Below, piece after piece: positions 57,080-64,000 of a stretch of DNA of 64,000 nt. Made by a program: the position numbers and the translations under genes. A model generated the notes under the pieces. The model saw only the letters and a list, made by a program, of their open reading frames with translations. It did no database searches and was not told where the DNA came from. Within the stretch, counting starts at the first letter, position 1. Each line of letters starts with the position of its first letter. This DNA is from Candidatus Latescibacterota bacterium. GTDB taxonomy: Bacteria; Latescibacterota; UBA2968; UBA8231. The DNA lies in the NCBI GenBank assembly GCA_965242865.1, contig CBDETK010000013.1, positions 5,280,001 through 5,344,000 on the forward strand, given 5' to 3'.

Positions 57080-57985
57080 ATGCACTATAAAGCAGTTCTC
57101 AGCACCATAGCCCTCGGCACTGTGCTGCTAGCAGGTTTCGTGGCTCCGGTAGCGGCATACGAAAACTGCAACGGCGTTGGCTACTTTGCCCTGCAGGTGC
57201 CAACCCCAGCAGCCATGAACCCCGATGGCGACGACAGCGACTGGGCGTGGTACGATCCCGACTTCATCATCGGTCGCGACCAACTGTGCGACGTGATCGG
57301 GGAAGGCGAGTTTCCAGCGCGCAGCGACCTCGACATCGCTCACCACGTTGGCTGGACGCCCGAGCCGGACAATCGTCTCTACGTCTTTACGCGCGTCGTT
57401 GATGACACCCTGAACGCGGACGTCACCGAGCCGAACGATGGTTGGCACGACGACGACCTCGAGCTGATTCTGGATCCCGATCACGGGGTGTGGACCGAGG
57501 CACCAGACGCCCTCCGCACCGGACACCAGCAGTGGACCTTTCACTACGCTCGCCCCGGCGGCTACCCCCTCGTGTCTTTTCTGCGCTGGAACCAGCCGGC
57601 CGAGATGCAGTGGGGGCCCGAATCGGGCGCAGTAGAGGGGGCGGTCGTGGTCTCGCCAGCGGGGGCCGGGCACTTGTCCACCGACGTGACAGTGAACTAC
57701 GAGGTTCGCATGGAGGCCTACGACCCGTACCAGCCGGATGGCCGCGACGCAAGCGTCCGCTGGGTCTTTGAAGCAGGCCAGACGATTGGTATGTCCCTGA
57801 GCCTCAATGAGGCCGACAGTGGAGGGCGCACCCACCAGATCACGACGCACATCCAAAACGGCGGTGCCCATAGTTCGGAGTTCTCTTCCGAGTTCACCTT
57901 GCTCAGCACCGATGAGTATGCCGCTGCTACGACCACGTCCGTCGAGGGGAGTAGCTGGGGCGCAGTGAAAGCGTTGATGCGGTAA
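57080..57985 (+). CDS. Secreted CBM9/DOMON-like protein with C-terminal SWGAVK tail
   Basis: GAGGAG RBS, signal peptide; paralog of 12116..13045 (QVP.PAAM..DG...DW, PDNRLY, DDTL, GAGH.ST.VT). Confidence 0.7.
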   Translation: MHYKAVLSTIALGTVLLAGFVAPVAAYENCNGVGYFALQVPTPAAMNPDGDDSDWAWYDPDFIIGRDQLCDVIGEGEFPARSDLDIAHHVGWTPEPDNRLYVFTRVVDDTLNADVTEPNDGWHDDDLELILDPDHGVWTEAPDALRTGHQQWTFHYARPGGYPLVSFLRWNQPAEMQWGPESGAVEGAVVVSPAGAGHLSTDVTVNYEVRMEAYDPYQPDGRDASVRWVFEAGQTIGMSLSLNEADSGGRTHQITTHIQNGGAHSSEFSSEFTLLSTDEYAAATTTSVEGSSWGAVKALMR

Positions 57986-58012
57986 GCAGGAAGCCGTCAT
58001 TTTTTGTTGCCC

Positions 58013-58048
58013 AAGGAGGGAGGACCGTCCTCCCTCCTTAATTTTTTT
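58013..58048 (+). terminator. Rho-independent terminator
   Basis: aaggagggagga-ccg-tcctccctcctt followed by aattttttt. Confidence 0.8.
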
Positions 58049-58088
58049 ACTTTTCTAAACCCATCCCGACCGGCGTGGAGAGCTCGTT

Positions 58089-58811
58089 TTGCGAGTGCTT
58101 TGTACCTGCCTACTGATCTTGGTTGCGTCCGGCTGTGGGCGCTACTTCCCCGGGCCTCTCCAGCCCAAACCCGGGGCCGAGCAGGGCGAACACATGGTGG
58201 TCCACGACGACGGATCCGTAGCGTACGTCTTTGAGCGGCTCGATATCGCGCTCCGCCCGATGACGGACGCCGAGCTCAACCGCAACTTTGCCACGACGTC
58301 GGCCAACGGAGCACAATCCACCAACCCCTTCACCTTTGGCGACTGGACCCCTCCGGGCGAGTCATTTACGCCCCAGCGATTCACCGTATTCCTGCTTAGG
58401 GTCAAGAACTATGCGTATCCTAAGGTCAAGATCGATCCGTCGCGGATTGAGTTGCAGTCCGCCAGCGAGCGTTTGTACAAGCCCCTGACATTTCTCGAAA
58501 TCAGTGAATACTACCGGGCGTATGCGTTGGCTTGGGCCGGAAACTACTATGCGCGCATGCGCGAGCGCGAGGATCTGCTGCGTCTCCATCTGTATGCCGA
58601 CGAGATGATTTTCAGTGGCCAAGAGTACGAAGGCTTTCTCGTATTTCCGCCCATGCCCCCGGACGTGACCGAGTTGTCCGTTCAAATCAACGATGTGGCC
58701 GTGCGCTTCAACTACGCGGACGAGCCGGTGGAGACCCTAGTGCTGACCTACGGCTTCCAACGCGACGTCTTTAGGGGCTACCAGCCACCCGCCGCCGTTT
58801 CGGCACGCTGA
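58089..58811 (+). CDS. Hypothetical lipoprotein
   Basis: Lipobox ASGC after a hydrophobic stretch; TTG start. Confidence 0.7.
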   Translation: MRVLCTCLLILVASGCGRYFPGPLQPKPGAEQGEHMVVHDDGSVAYVFERLDIALRPMTDAELNRNFATTSANGAQSTNPFTFGDWTPPGESFTPQRFTVFLLRVKNYAYPKVKIDPSRIELQSASERLYKPLTFLEISEYYRAYALAWAGNYYARMREREDLLRLHLYADEMIFSGQEYEGFLVFPPMPPDVTELSVQINDVAVRFNYADEPVETLVLTYGFQRDVFRGYQPPAAVSAR

Positions 58812-58812
58812 C

Positions 58813-60678
58813 GTGCCCCGTACAGCCATCCCGCTGGTCCTGACGTTCCTCCTGAGCATTGATGCGGGCGGCCAGATCGAGACCGTGCGGATTGGACAGG
58901 GGGGCGACCCGTGGCAGAGCGTGGAGCTCGTGGCTGCGGGGGCGCAGGTTGCGGCCGACTCGCTGCGGCCGGCCGGCTTCACAGCCGATGAGAACATTGT
59001 GGCCGCCGTGCGCTGGACGGATGTCGGCACAGGCCCGGACGAGTTCATCCCCGAGGGCGGAGCGCGGGTGTGGGCGCGCGTTGCCGACGGTCAGCCAAAC
59101 GGCGTTCTCGTCGATGGCAACCCCAACACTTCCACTGGAGAGCGATTTCAGATTCCCGGCCAGTCTCAGGATGGCCGGATCTTCGTCTTCGATTTAGGGG
59201 CCTCGTTTCCCGTCGAGCAGATAGCCTTCTATCCCAACCCGGCCGATAGCACCGCCTTCCTGCGGGCCTACGAGGTCAAGGTCAGCGACGGGCGCTCTTT
59301 TGGCGCGGGCGAGCGGCCGATTTACGAGACCTTGGCCCGGGTCGAGATTTCCAACGAGGTTCGCACGGAGGCCGAGTTTCCACGGCAGCTCGTGCGATAC
59401 ATCCGCTTGGAAACGCTGGAACCCAATCCCTTTGACATCGCCGAGATGGAGGTGTTTGGCCGGGGGTTTGTCCCCCGCGCTCAGTACGTCTCCGACTTCA
59501 TTCGCTTTGACGGGGGAGAGCGCAACTTTGGTCGCCTGACGGTCCACGCGACCCGCGTGTCGACCGAGCCTGCCGCCGCTGCGGACGAGCCCGTGCAGGC
59601 CGTGCTCCAAGTGCGAGCGGGGCACGACACTTCGCCCGAATCCTATTTTCAGATCGATCTCGAAACCGGCAGTGAGACCGAGATCGCAGAGGAGGCGTAC
59701 CAAAACCTCATCGACCGCGAGCGCACGACCCGATACGATGCCGCAAACTGGAGTGCGTGGTCCAATCCGGTGGCGATCGATTCGACCGGCTCCTACGAGA
59801 TCAGCCTCGACTTTCTGCCGATGCCGAGGCCCTTCTTCCAGTTCCGATTTTTCTTTGAGGGCACTGCGACCGACGTGATCCGAATCGATGCGCTGGAGTT
59901 CACCCACTCGGCGCCCCTCGCTCAAGCGACAAGAGCCGAGGTCGCCCTCGTCGGCGATCCCTTCCCCCAGACCGGCGTGGCCACCGTCGCTACCGGGCAG
60001 CCCGCGACCTTTGAGTACGCCTTGGCGGCGGAGTTGTCCGGCGACGAGGGATTCGATGGGTTGCGGATCGCAACGCTGGGGACTGCTCAGTTGGAATCGG
60101 TGTTGATCGGCCAAGAACGCGAGCCAGTGGTCGTCGATAGCGTCGCTTTTGACGAGCAGGGCCTGTCGTTCTTCTTCCCGAGCCGCCGGATCACGGCCGC
60201 GAGCAACGCCACGCTCTTTGTGCGGTTTACAGCAACGCCCCTGCGCTACACGACCCTGTTCCAAGGTTGGCTCCTAGATTCAGCGGGTGCGGTTCCGCAG
60301 CGGGTGGCACCCGGGGATGCCACCAATCTGCTCGGCACAAATTCCGTGGTCGTCTTTGGTTCGCTGGGCGCCCCCCTGAGCCGATTCACTCTGGGGGCTG
60401 GGGTCGTGACGCCCAATGGGGATGGGCGGAACGACGACTTGGTGCTGCAGTACGACCTCGTATTTCTCATCGAACCAGCGCGCGTAGGCATTACCATGCA
60501 CGATCTAGCGGGTCGGCTCGTTCACACCTTTCTGCAGGAGGAGCAGGCGGCAGGCAGCTACCTAGCGCGATGGAGCAAATCCCACAACCTGCCGCCGGGG
60601 CACTACATCGTCCGCCTGCGCGTCGAAACGCAGGCCGAGACGGTTGAACGCCTCCGAATCGTGGCGGTGTCCTACTGA
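58813..60678 (+). CDS. Secreted protein with FlgD/T9SS-like C-terminal domain
   Basis: Signal peptide; FDLG, EMEVFG.G, WSAWS, VTPNGDGRND, DLAGRLV, PPG.Y, VAVSY. Confidence 0.72.
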   Translation: MPRTAIPLVLTFLLSIDAGGQIETVRIGQGGDPWQSVELVAAGAQVAADSLRPAGFTADENIVAAVRWTDVGTGPDEFIPEGGARVWARVADGQPNGVLVDGNPNTSTGERFQIPGQSQDGRIFVFDLGASFPVEQIAFYPNPADSTAFLRAYEVKVSDGRSFGAGERPIYETLARVEISNEVRTEAEFPRQLVRYIRLETLEPNPFDIAEMEVFGRGFVPRAQYVSDFIRFDGGERNFGRLTVHATRVSTEPAAAADEPVQAVLQVRAGHDTSPESYFQIDLETGSETEIAEEAYQNLIDRERTTRYDAANWSAWSNPVAIDSTGSYEISLDFLPMPRPFFQFRFFFEGTATDVIRIDALEFTHSAPLAQATRAEVALVGDPFPQTGVATVATGQPATFEYALAAELSGDEGFDGLRIATLGTAQLESVLIGQEREPVVVDSVAFDEQGLSFFFPSRRITAASNATLFVRFTATPLRYTTLFQGWLLDSAGAVPQRVAPGDATNLLGTNSVVVFGSLGAPLSRFTLGAGVVTPNGDGRNDDLVLQYDLVFLIEPARVGITMHDLAGRLVHTFLQEEQAAGSYLARWSKSHNLPPGHYIVRLRVETQAETVERLRIVAVSY

Positions 60679-60697
60679 GCGCGGGCAAGGGGAGAGT

Positions 60698-62767
60698 ATG
60701 CACACGCGCACCATGCTTATCGCAGGGTTCCTGCTGGTCGCGACCGCTGTTGCGGCCTACGGTCAGCGCCGCGTCGTGCAAATCGGCGGGGCGGCCGGGG
60801 ATTTCTCGTGGTCCGAGGTGCGCCAAGAGGGCGTCGCCCTCGACGACACGACCGCTCCGGGTGCATTGCAGCCCAGAGAGCTGCGGCCCTGGGAAAACGT
60901 CATGGTCGGACCCGGGCTTTTCGCCAACATATTCGGCCTGGCTTGGGCCGAAGGACAGACTACGGGCAAAGCCTTTGGTTTCGCGGCCGGCGTTGACCCG
61001 CGGTTCTGGCACGGTGGGTACAGCCGCGAGGAGGCCGTGATCATCGACGGCGATCCCGAGACGGCGATTTCGCTGCGTCAGCTCATCGGCGAGGGGCCGG
61101 TCGAAGTCTTCAACCAAGTTCTGCGCCTGCAGGAAGAGGTTTGGACCTTTGACTTGGTCTTGGAGACGCCGATCAACCGAATTTTGTTCTTCCCGCGGCA
61201 ATCGGGCGTTGACAAGCGCGGCATCCCCAACAAGCAGGGATCGCCGCGGGCCTATCGCCTTTCCATCCAGAATGAGGCAGAGGAATTCCTGCTCGAAGGC
61301 TCTGAGCCGATTCCCAAGCGGACGCTCGCCACCGTCATCGAGGAAACCAAGTCCAACACCAAAAGCCAAGTCGATGTCAGCTTTCCGCTGCAACCGGCCC
61401 GATTCATCCGCCTCGACCTGAGTTTGGCGGACCAGTTCTACAGCATGGCCGAATTCCAAGTCTATGGCGAGGGCGTCCCAACCAACGTGCGCTATGTTTC
61501 CACCGCCATTCCCCTCGGCGAGCCGGTCAATTTCGGCGAGATTACCTATTCCTTCCGCCCGCTTCGGCGCGACCAGGCAGCGGACGCGCTCATCGGCGAT
61601 CCCGAAGGGGCCGCCCGGCTGCTCCTCGAAGTGCGCTCCGGCATCGACGAAACGCCCCGGGCGTACTACGTCGTAGATGACTTCGGGCGCGACCGGGAAG
61701 TGACGCAGACGGAATGGCAGCGCGCCGCGCTGCCCCGGCGGGAGAGTCTCGCCGTCCGCTATCCCAATCAGCGCAGCGTCGTCCTCGACGACGAGACCAA
61801 CTGGTCGCCGTGGTCTTCGCCCTATCGCTCGTCCGGTCAGTTGAACCGCTCCCCGGATGGGCGGCCGTATTTGCAGTTTCGGGCGACGTTCCTGACCGAC
61901 GATGTGCTGTCCATCGGTCGGCTCGATTCACTCCGGTTCGAGGTCTCGCCCTTGCTCGCCTCGGCACTCGTCGGCGAGGTTTCCCTCGCGGAGGCGCAGC
62001 CGACGGCCCGGACGACCGAGGCGCAGCCGGCGGAATTCCCCATCGGCGAGCGCCGTTGGTTGCACTTCGACATCGCGGCCGACTTTGCCAGCGATTCACA
62101 GGGATTTGATGCGGTGCGATTGACGGTGCCTTTTGGCACTCGCTTTGCGGGGCTGAAGATGGGCGATGGGGACCTCGTCTCGGTGACGCCCGACAGCGTG
62201 TGGCCCGAGGACGGAATCGCTCGCGATGGCCAGCTTTTCATCTCCTTTGCCGCCAACCGGGTGTCGCGCACTCAGGATCGCCCGGTCCGCGTCGAGCTCG
62301 AATCCTCCCTCTTTACCTCTTCCACGATCTTCGCGGCCGAGGTCATCGACGCTGCCAGCGACAACCTGCCCCAGTCGGTGAACGGGGGGAACGCGCGAGA
62401 CGAGGTCGCCACAAACAGCCTACAGGTCTTCTCGGACGATGCGCGGACGACCGTGCTTGATGGGGTCCGCTTGGCCCCGCCGGTGCTGACGCCGAATGGG
62501 GACCGGGTGAACGACGAAATCCGCGTCGAGTTCAGCGTCCTGTTCGTGGACGAAGCCGAGGTGACCGTACAGATCTACGATGTTGCCGGGCGCTATGTGG
62601 CGGTTCTGCCGGCGGCAAACCGGGGGCGATCGGCCCAGCAGGTGTCGTGGGACGGGCGCGACGACGACCGCAACTTGGTTCCGCCCGGCCTGTATCTGCT
62701 GCAGATCGAAGTGCATACCCAAAGGGAAACCGCCCGGCGCCTGCTAACCGTGCCCGTCGTTTACTAA
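60698..62767 (+). CDS. Secreted protein with FlgD/T9SS-like C-terminal domain
   Basis: ATG 60698 with GGAG RBS; EFQVYGEG, WSPWS, LTPNGDRVND, WDGRD, PPGLY, VPVVY. Confidence 0.75.
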   Translation: MHTRTMLIAGFLLVATAVAAYGQRRVVQIGGAAGDFSWSEVRQEGVALDDTTAPGALQPRELRPWENVMVGPGLFANIFGLAWAEGQTTGKAFGFAAGVDPRFWHGGYSREEAVIIDGDPETAISLRQLIGEGPVEVFNQVLRLQEEVWTFDLVLETPINRILFFPRQSGVDKRGIPNKQGSPRAYRLSIQNEAEEFLLEGSEPIPKRTLATVIEETKSNTKSQVDVSFPLQPARFIRLDLSLADQFYSMAEFQVYGEGVPTNVRYVSTAIPLGEPVNFGEITYSFRPLRRDQAADALIGDPEGAARLLLEVRSGIDETPRAYYVVDDFGRDREVTQTEWQRAALPRRESLAVRYPNQRSVVLDDETNWSPWSSPYRSSGQLNRSPDGRPYLQFRATFLTDDVLSIGRLDSLRFEVSPLLASALVGEVSLAEAQPTARTTEAQPAEFPIGERRWLHFDIAADFASDSQGFDAVRLTVPFGTRFAGLKMGDGDLVSVTPDSVWPEDGIARDGQLFISFAANRVSRTQDRPVRVELESSLFTSSTIFAAEVIDAASDNLPQSVNGGNARDEVATNSLQVFSDDARTTVLDGVRLAPPVLTPNGDRVNDEIRVEFSVLFVDEAEVTVQIYDVAGRYVAVLPAANRGRSAQQVSWDGRDDDRNLVPPGLYLLQIEVHTQRETARRLLTVPVVY

Positions 62768-62778
62768 GGACCAATGCT

Positions 62779-64000
62779 ATGAAGAAAACGATCTGTAGTG
62801 CCCTAGCCGCGTGGCTGCTTTCTGAGCCGGCCGTGGCCGATGAGTTGCGCTTTGAGCGGCTCAGCGACTGGCGGCAGTGGACCAGCCCGACCGGGGCCAT
62901 TCAGTTGCGGCAAGACGGAAAAGTCGAGTTGGGGTGGTACGGAATGGACACCGATCCAATGGACGACATGGCGCTGTTTTCGCATCCCACCCGGAAAAGT
63001 GGCGAAGTCTTTGGGGGGCTGACGGCCCAGTCGAACGACCGCGACGCCCGCTTTCTCGCCGATAACGACCGCACCACGTGGTGGCAGCCCGCCGCCGGGG
63101 CCGATCCCGACAATGCTTGGCTCCACATTGACTTGGGACGCGTCGTCCTGCTCAAGGAGATCCGCTTAGTCTTTCCAGACACGCTCGGCCTGCGCCCCTT
63201 CCGCGATTTTTCGGTTTTTGTCAGCGAAGGCTCCACCGTGTCTTCGTCTGCGGATGTCTGGCGATTCCAGCGCGTCTTTACGACCGCCGAGCCCAATGAA
63301 TTGGGCGAGATCGTCATTCCCCTGTCGATTGAAGATTTCGGCACCATTGCGACCGGCGAAAATCTGATGACCGGCAAGACGCTGGACTTCATGCCCGTCC
63401 ACTACGTCCGCTTCCTCCCCCACGAGGTCGGAGAAGGCGCGGCACTAGCCGAGATCGAGCTAACCGCGGTCGGCGAGAATATCGCCTTGACGACCTTTGA
63501 GCGCGGGGGGACGATTCGCTCGGGGCTCAAAAAAGTGGAAGAAATCCGCGATGGCACCGTGGACAATGCTTGGCCCGTGATTTCCAATACGCTCAATCGC
63601 TTCTGGCAGGATGGCGGGATGTGGTTTGAGTGGGATTTGGGGGCCCTCTTCCACGTCAGCCGGATCGTGTTCTACCAGTGGCCGCCCGATCAGCTCGGTC
63701 GGACGACCTTTGGCATCGGCGGAACCAACACCGGCTACAACTTGGAGATGACAGACGGGACGCCGATCGCCCGGGACGATCCATTCCGCAGCCCATTCGA
63801 CTACACGCGCGTTTCGCTGGTTGACAACAGCCGGGCCCCGGGACGCTACGTCTTTGACCACCCGCTCGCCGATCGGGTCGGCCGCTATTTGTTCTGGAAC
63901 CACCGGGACCTCGAGGACCGCAGAGTTGGATACATCATGCTCGAAGTATTCATCTATTCGGCGGGCTACCCGGCCCAAGCGGCCTTGACCTCGGACTTCA
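62779..64000 (+). CDS. Secreted protein, paralog of 54244..56565; 3'-truncated by the window and absent from the ORF track
   Basis: ATG 62779 gives MKKTICSALAAWLLSEPAVADELRFERLSDWRQW (compare AESLRFDAAREWQTW); WLHIDLGR, AEIELTAVGENIAL. Confidence 0.75.
   Translation, partial: MKKTICSALAAWLLSEPAVADELRFERLSDWRQWTSPTGAIQLRQDGKVELGWYGMDTDPMDDMALFSHPTRKSGEVFGGLTAQSNDRDARFLADNDRTTWWQPAAGADPDNAWLHIDLGRVVLLKEIRLVFPDTLGLRPFRDFSVFVSEGSTVSSSADVWRFQRVFTTAEPNELGEIVIPLSIEDFGTIATGENLMTGKTLDFMPVHYVRFLPHEVGEGAALAEIELTAVGENIALTTFERGGTIRSGLKKVEEIRDGTVDNAWPVISNTLNRFWQDGGMWFEWDLGALFHVSRIVFYQWPPDQLGRTTFGIGGTNTGYNLEMTDGTPIARDDPFRSPFDYTRVSLVDNSRAPGRYVFDHPLADRVGRYLFWNHRDLEDRRVGYIMLEVFIYSAGYPAQAALTSDF

Overview
High-GC bacterial genomic DNA. 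The gene content suggests a Latescibacterota/Gemmatimonadota/Poribacteria-like, possibly host-associated lineage, but that is inference. No rRNA, tRNA, CRISPR array, integrase or transposase was recognised. The window contains, in order: a tandem array of three mosaic membrane glycosyltransferase paralogs; a sulfatase/SSS-transporter catabolic operon; a ~17 kb defence island (13.1-30.2 kb) with McrBC, a broken HipA-like kinase plus a HIRAN-type protein, and a Type I R-M operon; a second MTase with a small candidate endonuclease; a decaying sigma-54-driven locus of secreted proteins; tandem DUF6785/6784-like membrane proteins; GGT; a stand-alone ABC-ATPase-TOPRIM gene; two AAA-nuclease paralogs bracketing a sugar ABC transporter; and a cluster of secreted proteins with FlgD/T9SS-like C-termini. 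The best candidate for an undescribed system is a lower-GC three-gene cassette (TIR-P-loop NTPase, unknown alpha/beta protein, DNA methyltransferase) nested between hsdS and hsdR, the position PrrC occupies in EcoprrI. Other highlights are a shared C-terminal SWGx[IV]K tail on secreted proteins, repeated loss of TA toxins while antitoxins survive, and a MITE with TATAGC-type ends.
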